Of a stretch of DNA of 64,000 bases, positions 20,126 to 29,811 are shown piece by piece. The DNA comes from an uncultured Clostridia bacterium (GTDB lineage Bacteria > Bacillota > Clostridia > Christensenellales > CAG-917). Numbering within the stretch: the stretch's first letter is position 1; each line of letters opens with the position of its first letter. Under the pieces are notes generated by a model. That model did not search any database, was not told the DNA's origin, and was given only the letters and a program-made list of their open reading frames with translations. The stretch is taken from the NCBI GenBank assembly GCA_937885645.1, contig CALABJ010000018.1, positions 72,203 to 136,202 on the forward strand, read 5' to 3'. A program made the translations under genes and the position numbers.

Positions 20126-21043
20126 ATGCCCATTATTATTCCAAAAGAGTTGCCCGCCTACAAGGTGTTGGCAAAAGAAAAAATCTTCGTTATGGACAGC
20201 GACAGGGCAGGCAAGCAGGACATCCGTCCTATTGAGATTGCCATAGTCAACTTGATGCCCACAAAGGAAGTGACCGAGGCGCAAATCGTGCGTCTTCTTT
20301 CCAACAGCCCTTTGCAGATCAACATCACTCTCATCAAGACCGCAAGCTACACAAGCACCCACGCATCAACCGACCATATGGGCAAATTCTATTGCACCAT
20401 AGAGGAAGCCAAAAAGAAGAAGTTTGACGGCATGATAGTGACAGGCGCACCCGTTGAAAACATCCCCTTTGAAGAGGTCAAATACTGGAACGAATTGACT
20501 GATATTATGGACTTTGCCGAAACCAACGTCACCAGCACCATATTTATCTGTTGGGGAGCACAAGCGGCACTTTATCATCAATACGGCATCAATAAACACC
20601 CTCTTCCTGAAAAATTGTTTGGAGTGTTTGAAACAAAAGCGGTTGTTGAAAACGATATGCTTCTTAAAGGCATGAACGACACTTTCAACATTCCTCACTC
20701 CCGCCACACCGCCATTGACGAAAAGGCTGTGTATGAGTGCAAGGACTTGAAGGTTTTGGCAGTCAGTGACAAGGCAGGCATTTGCATTTTGAAACGTCAC
20801 AACAACAGAAGTTTTTATTTCACTGGCCACGCCGAATATGACCGCGAAACCCTCCTCACTGAGTACGAAAGAGATCTTGCAAAAGGCGAGCCCATCAAAG
20901 CCCCCGAAAACTATTTTGTTGACGAAGAGAAGAGAGAAATCAGGATGACTTGGCGCTCAACCGCAAATCTTCTTTTCTACAACTGGCTGAACTATTACGT
21001 GTATCAAATCACGCCCTTTGACATTAACGATATTAAGAAATAA
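20126..21043 (+). CDS. metA: Homoserine O-acyltransferase MetA
   Basis: 305 aa starting MPIIIPKELPAYKVL. MetA-family layout, 2 nt after the metY stop. Confidence 0.85.
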   Translation: MPIIIPKELPAYKVLAKEKIFVMDSDRAGKQDIRPIEIAIVNLMPTKEVTEAQIVRLLSNSPLQINITLIKTASYTSTHASTDHMGKFYCTIEEAKKKKFDGMIVTGAPVENIPFEEVKYWNELTDIMDFAETNVTSTIFICWGAQAALYHQYGINKHPLPEKLFGVFETKAVVENDMLLKGMNDTFNIPHSRHTAIDEKAVYECKDLKVLAVSDKAGICILKRHNNRSFYFTGHAEYDRETLLTEYERDLAKGEPIKAPENYFVDEEKREIRMTWRSTANLLFYNWLNYYVYQITPFDINDIKK

Positions 21044-21075
21044 AAACGCGCTATTTGGCGAATAACTTCAAAAAA

Positions 21076-21101
21076 GGCACTCCGTTTGGAGTGCTTTTTT
21101 A
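21076..21101 (+). terminator. Terminator after metA
   Basis: ggcactcc-gttt-ggagtgc stem followed by a T-run. Confidence 0.65.
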
Positions 21102-21494
21102 TAATTTTAGTGCGTAATCCCCTAAGCGCATGTCCCCCTTCCTCACGTGTTTCCCCCTTCTGCCATATGGCAGAGCCCTTCGGGCAGGGCAACACTCGGC
21201 TCTCGCACATTAAGCGACGCCGCCTCATTATGCCACTCGTTGCGTTGGTGCAAAAAGATCACAGCGCACCCGCAACTTCGTACTCTTGTCTGGTGCTCGG
21301 CGCTCCCTTCCTCGTCGCCGCTGCTCCTCGCGTTCCGTCACGCAACATGTGAGTGTTTGTTTAAGAACGCTCCATACAGACTTTTCACCGCAACTCACCG
21401 CAGGTGAATATCACGCACGAAGTGCATATAACTCACGAAGTGAATATAACTTTGCAAAGCAAAATATAACTTGTCTTGCAACGCAAGACAAATA

Positions 21495-21526
21495 AAAAAG
21501 ACACTCAATCGAGTGCCTTTTTTGTT
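21495..21526 (-). terminator. Bidirectional-looking terminator downstream of the MFS gene
   Basis: A-run, then gacactc-aatc-gagtgcc, then a T-run. The hairpin includes one G-U pair. Confidence 0.5.
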
Positions 21527-21540
21527 TCATTTTTCATTTT

Positions 21541-23046
21541 TTAGTCTTCATTTTCATCAGGGAAGGGACATGCTCCTTCACAGTCAACACCACAGGTGCA
21601 GACGGGTTCAAGCTCTTCACCGACAGGTGCTTCTTCCATTGTTTCTTCAACCATTTCTTCTGCGGTTTCTGCGGCTGCCACTTCTTCTGCTTGTTGCTCT
21701 GCAAGTTTTTCTTCCATCTTACGCTTGCGGAGTTTGTCTGCATCAATCATGACAAACACGATAGGAATGATTGCAAGCACTGCGATGATTGCTGCTGCAA
21801 GGAAGATTTCAAAGGGAGGCATATAGTCCACTGATTGATCGTCCATCTTCATAAGGTTGATGATCATTGTGATGAGAGGACCGATGAGCATAGGGAGAAG
21901 CACTGTGAAGCACATTCTCACACCTTGGAATCTGCCTTCGCCACCCTTGGGGATATAGTCTTGGAAGGTTGACATCAAAGCGCCACCGCCTGCAAGAAGT
22001 GCGCCAAGCATAAATGTGCCTGCCACCACAAGGACGTAAACGTAGACGTTTTGAGGCATAAACTTCATAAGGTAGATGACGATTGTTGCTGCGATGACCA
22101 CAAGGACAAGGGGGAGATAGAAGAACTTTCTGCCGTATTTGTCATAGAGGATACCTGTCACAGCGGTGAGGACACCAGCAAGCACGATGACGATTGCAAG
22201 GGGAACGATGAAGTCCTTGACGCCAAGGGTGTTGGTGATGAAGTTGATGAGGTATGAGAAGAAAGTTTGTTGTGAGATGCCAAGGATACAGCTTGCGGTG
22301 AGGCAAACGTAGAGCATCTTATTGTTTTTTATGACGGAAGGACGGAAGCCGTAGAAGGTTTCCTTCCAGTAGTTGGGGTTGCTGTTTTTGATGATGTTGG
22401 GGCTATCCTTCATTGTGAAGATTGCCACAATACCAGCCACAATAGGCAGCACACCGAGGACGATGAAGAATGCCACTGTGTTGCCTGCGTCATAGGTGAG
22501 CATGCCAAGGACAAACACGATGACGAAAGCAAGGATAGAGAAGATTGACATGACGCTGTTGACCTTACCGCGGTTGGTTGTGTCGGTGACGTCAGTGATC
22601 CAAGTGTTGAATGCGGCGTCGTTTGCAGTTGAGCCAAAGAAGGTCATGATGCAGTCGAAGATGACGAGGAATGCTGCAACAATGCCCAAGGTGTTGGCAG
22701 TAGGGGACATAGGGATTGCTGCAAAGAGCATAATGGTGACGCCCCATGCGATATAGCCGTATGCCACAAAGGGTTTACGTTTGCCCACTTTGTCAATGAG
22801 TCCGCCTGCAAAGATAGTGGTTGCGGTTGCGGCGATTGCGCTGAGCCAAATCATCAAAGTGCTGACGATAGTGCCCCAGTCCACGTTGCCCACGTTTGCG
22901 CCGATGTCTTGCGCCATCTTTGCAAAGTACATGTTTTCAACCGACCAAGCAATTTGACCAATCAAGCCGAAGAGGATAGCAGAGAGCCAAACTTTTCCGC
23001 TGAGCTTAGTTGTTTTCACAGTTTGAGTTGTAGGAATATTGCTCAT
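21541..23046 (-). CDS. MFS-type transporter (GPH/sugar-like) with acidic, Cys-containing C-terminal tail
   Basis: 501-aa polytopic protein with about 12 hydrophobic segments. It ends ...EELEPVCTCGVDCEGACPFPDENED. Confidence 0.75.
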   Translation of the reverse strand: MSNIPTTQTVKTTKLSGKVWLSAILFGLIGQIAWSVENMYFAKMAQDIGANVGNVDWGTIVSTLMIWLSAIAATATTIFAGGLIDKVGKRKPFVAYGYIAWGVTIMLFAAIPMSPTANTLGIVAAFLVIFDCIMTFFGSTANDAAFNTWITDVTDTTNRGKVNSVMSIFSILAFVIVFVLGMLTYDAGNTVAFFIVLGVLPIVAGIVAIFTMKDSPNIIKNSNPNYWKETFYGFRPSVIKNNKMLYVCLTASCILGISQQTFFSYLINFITNTLGVKDFIVPLAIVIVLAGVLTAVTGILYDKYGRKFFYLPLVLVVIAATIVIYLMKFMPQNVYVYVLVVAGTFMLGALLAGGGALMSTFQDYIPKGGEGRFQGVRMCFTVLLPMLIGPLITMIINLMKMDDQSVDYMPPFEIFLAAAIIAVLAIIPIVFVMIDADKLRKRKMEEKLAEQQAEEVAAAETAEEMVEETMEEAPVGEELEPVCTCGVDCEGACPFPDENED

Positions 23047-23110
23047 AAGTTTCTCCTAAAATTGTCTTAACACAATAATTTTAGCACAATACTGGGATAT
23101 GTCAATATAG

Positions 23111-23135
23111 AAAAACCACTCAACTGAGTGGTTTT
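23111..23135 (-). terminator. Terminator after tcdA
   Basis: On the minus strand: aaccactc-agtt-gagtggtt followed by a T-run. Confidence 0.6.
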
Positions 23136-23171
23136 CAATCAAATTCGGTAGAATTATCCGCCTATTTTGGT

Positions 23172-23870
23172 CTAGTCAATGAGGACTCTTATCACGTATC
23201 CTGCCAGTTTCAGTCCCGCAATGGCAGGAGGGTAGGATATGCTTGCAGGGATATGCCTGCCTTTTTCTTCCACTTGATACTTAGGTGAAACAGGTGTTTC
23301 CTTTGAGTACACCACGGTGAGAGAGTTTATCCCACGGGCTTTAAGCTCCTTTCTCATCACCTTTGCAAGGGGGCAGACAGATGTCTTTTTTATGTCCGCA
23401 ATCTCAAAATCATCCCCAAGTTTGTTGCCTGTGCCCATTGAACTGACGATATTTATGCCAAGGGCTTTTGCACGGACAATGAGTTCAAGCTTTGCAGACA
23501 CTGTGTCCACTGCATCCACTATGAAATCATAGTTTTCAAGGGGAATAGAGTCCGCATTTTCAGGCAAATAGAAAGTGTCATAGACGTCCACGACGCACTG
23601 TGGATTGATGGACAAAATACGCTCCTTTGCCACCTCAACCTTCTTTTTGCCAATGGTGGAAGTGGTCGCCAAAATTTGGCGATTTAGGTTGCTTTCGTGG
23701 ATGCAGTCATTGTCAAGGACACCAATACGTCCAACACCGGCACGGGCCAGTGCTTCAACAACGTATCCCCCAACACCTCCAACACCAGCCACAAGGACTT
23801 TGGCGTTTTTGAGAGCGGAAAGAGCATCACAGCCTATGAGCATTTCAGTGCGAGAAAAGTTTGTTTCCAT
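23172..23870 (-). CDS. tcdA: tRNA threonylcarbamoyladenosine dehydratase (ThiF/MoeB-like, TcdA)
   Basis: VLVAGVGGVGGYVVEALARAGVGRIGVLDNDCIHESNLNRQ nucleotide-binding region. The start is ambiguous: ATG at 23870 or GTG at 23927, neither with a clear RBS. Confidence 0.75.
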   Translation of the reverse strand: METNFSRTEMLIGCDALSALKNAKVLVAGVGGVGGYVVEALARAGVGRIGVLDNDCIHESNLNRQILATTSTIGKKKVEVAKERILSINPQCVVDVYDTFYLPENADSIPLENYDFIVDAVDTVSAKLELIVRAKALGINIVSSMGTGNKLGDDFEIADIKKTSVCPLAKVMRKELKARGINSLTVVYSKETPVSPKYQVEEKGRHIPASISYPPAIAGLKLAGYVIRVLID

Positions 23871-23947
23871 AGTTTTTACACTTTGTGTAAAGTTTTTTAC
23901 AAAAGAAACTTGCGGTGGGGTTGCCACCGCAAGTGTTTCGTTGATGA

Positions 23948-25639
23948 TTATTCTGCGTCAGTTGCAGGTGCTTCGTCTGCTGCTACTTCTTCAAACACCT
24001 CTTCTGCGGGTGCTTCTGAGTGGCAGGAGCAAGTGCAAGTTTCGTCGCAGTTTTCGTCACAGTCACAGGTGCATTCACCGTCTGCGCAGTCACAACCGCA
24101 GTCGCAAGTGCATTCACTGAGTTCTGCACCGCTGTCACGGAGTCTGATTTCTTCACAGATTCTGTCGTATTCCACTTCATCGATCTTGAACTTCTTCATA
24201 TAGAGGATGAATGATGAAAGGATGAAGAGGATGGGGAATACTGCCATACAAACAATAACCCACTGTGCGGTGTCAGGGTTTGCTGTGCCGAGAATGCCGT
24301 TGATGTTTTCAAGCATAACTTCTTCACTGATATGACCTGTTGCGTTGAGTTGTGTTTGCTCAGAGATTTGTTTTGCAAGGAGGTCGATGCCGAGAGCGAT
24401 GAGAGCCACGGTTTCAATTGCCTTGACGATTGATGAGCCCATCTTTGCCATGAAGGGACGGACTGCGAAGATAATGCCTTCGTCACGACGGCCAGTCTTG
24501 ATGTCGTTGTATTCGATGGTGTTTGAAACTGAGATAGTGAGCACTTGATAGTAGAGTGCTTGACCAAATGATGCGATTGCACCGCAAAGACCGATGAACA
24601 CAAATGAAACCATGCTTTCTCTTGCGCCGTCAAATGCGCCGGTGACAAGGGCGAGGATGAGCATAAGTGCATATCCAGCCACAACCGTTGACACGCAAAT
24701 CTTTGCAAGTTGTTTTCTGGTCAGTTTCTTTGACAGGATAGGGTAGAACACGATGATTGCCATTGAAATACCGGTGAGGATTGAGAAGATGGTGCAAAGT
24801 GTGCCCTTATAGCCAAAGCGGAGATACACCCAGTAGGTGTAGAGTGAGTTCATGATTGCACTGCCAACGTTGTAGAGGAGCATTGAGCCTGCGGTGACAA
24901 GAAGTTGGTCGTTTTTGAGGACGACTTTGAACATTGCACCAAGACCACGCTTGTCTTTGTTTTCTGCAGTGACAGGGGGGAGGGGTTTTTCCTTGACAAC
25001 ACAGCAAGTCATAACTTGGCATGCAGCAAAGAGGACGCAAACCACACAAGCAATGATTTGATATGCAGTTTGAGTGTTGCCACCGAGAGCGGTTTCACCT
25101 GCTGTAAGTGTGGGGATAAGGATGACGCAAAGACCTGCACCAATACCAGCACCAACGTTTGCGATGGTGGACAGATTGTTTCTGTCGGTGGGATGTGAGG
25201 TGAGCGAAGGCATCATGCCCCAGTAAGAGATGTCGTTCATCGTGTAGGTGACGCCCCAGAGGAGATAACCAAATGCGAAGAAGATGACGTAGCTTGAGCC
25301 TTGGAGAGGCACGAAGAACAGGAGCAAAATGATTACGATGTTAGAGAAGCATCCTGCCAAAATCCAAGGTTTGAACTTGCCGATCTTGGTGCGAGTTTTT
25401 TCGATGAGCATGCCCATGAAGGGGTCGTTGCATCCGTCGAAAATTCTGCACACGATGAAGATGATGCCCACTGCTGCGTATTCTGCAGTGGTCAATCCTT
25501 TTGTGAAGAGGATAAACAGGGTGAGGTAGGTGTTGACAAGAGTATAGGTCATGTCACGGCCGATACCACCGAGTGAATATCCCCAAAGGTTGCGCTTTGA
25601 AAGTCTTTCGACTCCAGGTGAGGCTGTAAGTGTTGCCAT
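23948..25639 (-). CDS. Glycoside-pentoside-hexuronide (MelB-like) cation symporter with Cys-rich C-terminal tail
   Basis: 563 aa. GPH-like N-terminus (LSKRNLWGYSLGGIGRDM..., DGCNDPFMG) and about 12 TM segments. The tail contains CTCDCGCDCADGECTCDCDENCDETCTCSCH. Confidence 0.8.
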   Translation of the reverse strand: MATLTASPGVERLSKRNLWGYSLGGIGRDMTYTLVNTYLTLFILFTKGLTTAEYAAVGIIFIVCRIFDGCNDPFMGMLIEKTRTKIGKFKPWILAGCFSNIVIILLLFFVPLQGSSYVIFFAFGYLLWGVTYTMNDISYWGMMPSLTSHPTDRNNLSTIANVGAGIGAGLCVILIPTLTAGETALGGNTQTAYQIIACVVCVLFAACQVMTCCVVKEKPLPPVTAENKDKRGLGAMFKVVLKNDQLLVTAGSMLLYNVGSAIMNSLYTYWVYLRFGYKGTLCTIFSILTGISMAIIVFYPILSKKLTRKQLAKICVSTVVAGYALMLILALVTGAFDGARESMVSFVFIGLCGAIASFGQALYYQVLTISVSNTIEYNDIKTGRRDEGIIFAVRPFMAKMGSSIVKAIETVALIALGIDLLAKQISEQTQLNATGHISEEVMLENINGILGTANPDTAQWVIVCMAVFPILFILSSFILYMKKFKIDEVEYDRICEEIRLRDSGAELSECTCDCGCDCADGECTCDCDENCDETCTCSCHSEAPAEEVFEEVAADEAPATDAE

Positions 25640-25757
25640 AGTTTTCTCCCTTTAAGGTTTTATTTTCATTTTATTGATACAATTTGACGTTGAAGCAACG
25701 ATTTTTCATAGACAAGGGTTTATATGTCTGTTTTCGGCACATAAACCATCATTTTCG

Positions 25758-26201
25758 TTAGCACTCAAACACAAAGGATAAAGGACCGTCTTGCTGTTGT
25801 TCGATGTACATATGTGCGCCAAAGACGCCGTTTTTCACTGTGACGCCTTGCTCGCGGATTTTCTCGGTGACGTATTCGTAGAGTTGTTTTGCTCTCACCG
25901 GCTCTTCTGCCTTGCCAAAGTCGGGGCGGTTGCCACTGCCTTTTCCAAGAGTGCCTGCAAGAGAAAATTGTGACACAAGAAGTATCTCTCCACCTGCTTG
26001 CAAAATGTTCAAATTCATCTTTTCATTTTCATCACGGAAGACACGGAGCTTTGCCATTTTGCCTGCAAAGTAGTCCGCCTGCGCCTCGGTGTCACCCTTT
26101 TCAATGCCAAGAAAAATGGTGAGACCTGAGGGTATCTCGCTGATGAGTTTGCCGTCCACGTAGAGGGCGGAATGAAATGTTCTTTGAATCACTGCTCGCA
26201 T
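25758..26201 (-). CDS. dtd: D-aminoacyl-tRNA deacylase
   Basis: 147 aa starting MRAVIQR..., with SQFSLAG (SQFTL-like) and a GPxTxxxE-like end. Confidence 0.9.
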   Translation of the reverse strand: MRAVIQRTFHSALYVDGKLISEIPSGLTIFLGIEKGDTEAQADYFAGKMAKLRVFRDENEKMNLNILQAGGEILLVSQFSLAGTLGKGSGNRPDFGKAEEPVRAKQLYEYVTEKIREQGVTVKNGVFGAHMYIEQQQDGPLSFVFEC

Positions 26202-26230
26202 AGTAGTATTTGTCTTGTTTTTGAAGTTTG

Positions 26231-27412
26231 TTATCTAAGCAACCTAGGGTTTTTATGCACCTCGTCAAAACGCATTTTGGGAGGCTTGCCAAGATATTGA
26301 TATAGGTTGCACTCAAGTTCACTGTTGTAGAGTTTTCTTGTCTTTGTTGCCTTTTTGCCGAAGTATTTTTCAAAGGCCATATATGAGGTGATGACGTAGG
26401 CGCACCACTCATCAAGTGAGTTGAACACCTTGCCAAAGTCACGATATAGTTCTCTCAGTTCATCTTCCTTCATCAGTCTTTCGCCGTAAGGGGGATTGGT
26501 GACGATGACGCCGTGAGAGAATCTTGAAGACAGATTTCTCATATCCGCCACTTGCAGATGAATCTTGTCGCGTACACCTGCCTTTTCTGCGTGGCGCAGG
26601 GCAAGTTTTATGGCCTCGGGGTTTATGTCAAATCCGCTTATGCGGATTTCTCTGTCGCGGTTCACCAGTTGCTCAGCTTCCTCTTGAACGACACCACGAA
26701 CAGACGGCGCGTTTGAAAAGTGCTCGCAACTGAATTCTCTTTGTATGCCGGGGGCAATATTCAGTCCAATCAGTGCAGCTTCAATGGGGATTGTACCGCT
26801 TCCGCAGAAAGGGTCAATGAGAGGGCGGTCGGGATTCCACACCGACAGTTGAATTATGGCAGATGCCAAAGTTTCACGGATAGGTGCTTCACCAAGCCAA
26901 GTGCGGTAGCCACGTTTGTGAAGGCCAGCCCCAGAGGTGTCAAGGGTAAGGCGGACGGTGTCGTTGATGATTGATGCCTCAACAGAGTATTCCGCACCGC
27001 TTTCACTGAGCTTGTTCACTTTGTGAACACGGCACAACTTTGTGACTATGGCTTTTTTGACTATGCTTTGAATGTTACTTAAAGCAAACAACTTGCTTTT
27101 GATGCTTTTTGCAGTCACCAGAATTTTGCCGTCAAGGGGGATAATATCTTGCCAATCAACAGACTCAGTACCGTCAAAGAGAGCATCAAAGTCGGTGGCA
27201 TCAAAAGTGCCCACAAGCACTCTCACTCTGCCTGCTGTACGGAGAAACATGTTTGCCCTCAGCACATCGGTCCAGTCGCCCTCGAAAAGAATACGACCAT
27301 ATTCAGCACCGCCGGGGGTGTAGCCCAGTGACGTGATTTCTCGTTTTGTCACCGCTTCAATACCGCTTGCGGATGAAACCTCAATATTCAGTTTTCCGTC
27401 AAAAATGCTCAT
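26231..27412 (-). CDS. THUMP-domain class I SAM-dependent RNA methyltransferase
   Basis: N-terminal THUMP-like region, SAM motif I DPFCGSGTI and catalytic NPPYGERL. Confidence 0.85.
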   Translation of the reverse strand: MSIFDGKLNIEVSSASGIEAVTKREITSLGYTPGGAEYGRILFEGDWTDVLRANMFLRTAGRVRVLVGTFDATDFDALFDGTESVDWQDIIPLDGKILVTAKSIKSKLFALSNIQSIVKKAIVTKLCRVHKVNKLSESGAEYSVEASIINDTVRLTLDTSGAGLHKRGYRTWLGEAPIRETLASAIIQLSVWNPDRPLIDPFCGSGTIPIEAALIGLNIAPGIQREFSCEHFSNAPSVRGVVQEEAEQLVNRDREIRISGFDINPEAIKLALRHAEKAGVRDKIHLQVADMRNLSSRFSHGVIVTNPPYGERLMKEDELRELYRDFGKVFNSLDEWCAYVITSYMAFEKYFGKKATKTRKLYNSELECNLYQYLGKPPKMRFDEVHKNPRLLR

Positions 27413-27655
27413 ACAATCTTATTATACTTATAAATAAGTATTAAGTCAATACGCAAAATTCACGGTTTTTTAATACAAACAGGCTAAAAGTGTTGTGTAG
27501 AAACCCCGAATTCAATAAAAATTCACGGATTATAAGATTAAGAAAGGTCTAACGGTCGTGTCAAATCAAAAAAATACTATTGACGGATATGGGCGAAGAA
27601 TATATAATCAAAGCATAAAAAGAAAGGAAACTATGTTTCCTTGAAGCGAGTGACT

Positions 27656-28192
27656 ATGAATTTTAATGAACTTGTAGAAAAGAGAGAAAGTTGTCGTGCA
27701 TACACAGGCGCACCCGTAAAGAGAGAAGACCTAGACACCATAGTCCACGCAGGACGTATGGCACCCTCTGCCAAAAACACTCAACCTTGGAAGTTTTACG
27801 TGGTCAGCGGTGAAAAACTTGAAGATATGGCAGAAGCGGTCAAGGTCATGGGGTTTAACAAATTTGTGGACAACGCAGGGGCTTTTATTGCCATCGTTGC
27901 AGACAAAAGCACCACCCTTGACAAGATGATGAAAACCATCACAAGCCGTGATTTTGTTGAAAACGACATAGGCATCGCAGTGGCATCAATGACCTATCAA
28001 GCAGCGGACATGGGACTTGGCAGTTGCATACTTGGTGCATTCAGTGGTAAGGCTGTCGCAAAGGTCATCGGCATTGATGAATCAAGGGCAAAAGACGTCA
28101 AACTTGTCCTTGCCATCGGCAAGCGCGAAAACCCAGAAACAAGGGTTAAAAGGCGCAAAGAGCTCAATGAAACCGTGTTTTATGTTGATTGA
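27656..28192 (+). CDS. Nitroreductase family protein
   Basis: RESCRAY and SAKNTQPWKFYVV motifs. The ATG at 27656 is preferred to the tracked TTG at 27641. Confidence 0.8.
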   Translation: MNFNELVEKRESCRAYTGAPVKREDLDTIVHAGRMAPSAKNTQPWKFYVVSGEKLEDMAEAVKVMGFNKFVDNAGAFIAIVADKSTTLDKMMKTITSRDFVENDIGIAVASMTYQAADMGLGSCILGAFSGKAVAKVIGIDESRAKDVKLVLAIGKRENPETRVKRRKELNETVFYVD

Positions 28193-28250
28193 CGGATTTT
28201 GTGCGAATAATTTAGACATAATTCTACACTATAAATTCAGGTAAATACAA

Positions 28251-28988
28251 ATGAGAAATAGCATTTTTGGAGAGCCGATTGAAATCAAAAATCGGAAAGC
28301 AAAAGAGATCGCTCTTATCCTTTTGACCTTCATTGTTGTGCCCATAGTCAGCGTTCTCATTATATGCAGTGGCAAGCAATCCGCCCTGTACAATTCATTG
28401 TCCCGTTTGGCATGGCCCGAGGGGCTTTTGTGGCTTGTCTACATTTGGGGCATATTCAATATGGGCAACTTCTTCTTTGCTATGAAGATGGCCCTTGATG
28501 ACGGTGGCTACACAAAGAAATGGCGCAAACTTTTCTTTGCACTTTTTGGTGTCAGCGTCTTTTTGCTCACTGCTGGAGTGTCAATCCCTGCCTACGTTGA
28601 CAGAGGCCCTGTGCATGAAGCAATGCGCACCGCCCACACTGCAATTTCAACGGTTGGTTTCTTTGGCTTCTACTTTATTGAGATATTCCTTATCCTCACC
28701 ACGGTGAAACGCAATCACAAACAATTTTTGATAGGAATGGCCCTTGTTGGATTCACTCTTATCCTTGGGGTATTTTCACTGACAAGCATATTTGATCCCA
28801 GCAGTTATTGTGTAGTGTCCGCCCCCGCGCAGATGATATTGTTTATGCTTTACAATATAGGAGTCACCTATCTTTACACCTCAATGTCATTCTTCAAAAA
28901 CGAGCACCCAGTCGCAGTCGGTGCTGACTCTTGCTCTCAACTGACGGAAGATGATGAAGACGACAACGAGGCGGTGGAGGCAAACTGA
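28251..28988 (+). CDS. Hypothetical polytopic membrane protein with acidic C-terminus
   Basis: 245 aa with about 6 hydrophobic helices, ending EDDEDDNEAVEAN. No family recognised. Confidence 0.55.
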   Translation: MRNSIFGEPIEIKNRKAKEIALILLTFIVVPIVSVLIICSGKQSALYNSLSRLAWPEGLLWLVYIWGIFNMGNFFFAMKMALDDGGYTKKWRKLFFALFGVSVFLLTAGVSIPAYVDRGPVHEAMRTAHTAISTVGFFGFYFIEIFLILTTVKRNHKQFLIGMALVGFTLILGVFSLTSIFDPSSYCVVSAPAQMILFMLYNIGVTYLYTSMSFFKNEHPVAVGADSCSQLTEDDEDDNEAVEAN

Positions 28989-29047
28989 CCACAGCAAATC
29001 ATAGGTTGCAGTCAAGGAAGAAGCAACCTAAAACTCAAACCCAAAAG

Positions 29048-29076
29048 GCACGACCATGCGTCGTGCTTTTTCTTTT
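29048..29076 (+). terminator. Terminator after membrane-protein gene
   Basis: gcacgac-catgc-gtcgtgc stem followed by a T-run. Confidence 0.6.
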
Positions 29077-29139
29077 GTTGAAAGTCAGCGCGTTTGACAA
29101 AAATGAAAGCGTATGTTTTAATTGTTCATAGGAGGGCGT

Positions 29140-29619
29140 ATGTCAAAGGATAGAAAATTGAAAATAATGTTTGTTTGTCTTGGCAATATTTGCCGTTCAC
29201 CTATGGCAGAGTTTGTCATGCGTGATGAACTGAGCCGTCGTCACCTTGACCATCTCATTGAGGTGTCCTCAGGGGCAACCAGTTATGAAGAGTACGGCAA
29301 CCCTGTCTATCCTCCTGCGGTGCAAAAGATGAAGAAGGAAGGTGTCACCATCTATCCTCACCGCGCCACACCCATCGTGAAAGAGGACTATGACCGCTAC
29401 GATATGTTTATCGGCATGGAGGACTACAACCTTCGCCGTATGAGAAACATATTCGGCGGAGACAAGGATAACAAGATTTCAAAACTCTTGGACTACACTT
29501 CCCGTGGCGGTGACATTGCAGACCCTTGGTACAGTGGCAACTTTGACGAAACCTACCGAGACGTAGTTGAAGGCGTGGACGGGCTTATCAAGCACCTTAC
29601 CGAAAGCAATCTTATATAA
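29140..29619 (+). CDS. Low-molecular-weight phosphotyrosine protein phosphatase
   Basis: P-loop in VCLGNICRSPMAE and a DPWY motif. The ATG at 29140 is preceded by GGAGGG. Confidence 0.85.
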   Translation: MSKDRKLKIMFVCLGNICRSPMAEFVMRDELSRRHLDHLIEVSSGATSYEEYGNPVYPPAVQKMKKEGVTIYPHRATPIVKEDYDRYDMFIGMEDYNLRRMRNIFGGDKDNKISKLLDYTSRGGDIADPWYSGNFDETYRDVVEGVDGLIKHLTESNLI

Positions 29620-29811
29620 GTGTTTGCAAAATAAAACAACATGGGGGCTAGCTCTAAATATGGGACAGCAAATCAATCTTAAACCAATCCCAAAAACCGC
29701 AATCAACTCAAGCCCAGACTACAATTACCGCAATCAACTATAATTTTAGAAAAAAATCTCAATGACGTCAGCAAATATGTTGGCGTTTTTCTTTTGCTTG
29801 TTTTTGAAAAT

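Noticed and set aside
21398-21460. Possible CRISPR array (short tandem repeats)
   Set aside because: The units are only 18 bp and directly abutting, with no spacers, and there are no cas genes nearby. No CRISPR-like repeat-spacer pattern was seen anywhere in the window.
21086-21495. Three overlapping 69-88-aa plus-strand ORFs and a minus-strand 74-aa ORF
   Set aside because: They overlap one another in different frames within a GC-rich stretch. The translations are P/S/R/L low complexity. The region is reported as a non-coding oddity instead.
23605-24203. 171-aa and 168-aa plus-strand ORFs
   Set aside because: Antisense to tcdA and the GPH transporter tail. They have S/T/P/R-rich low-complexity translations.
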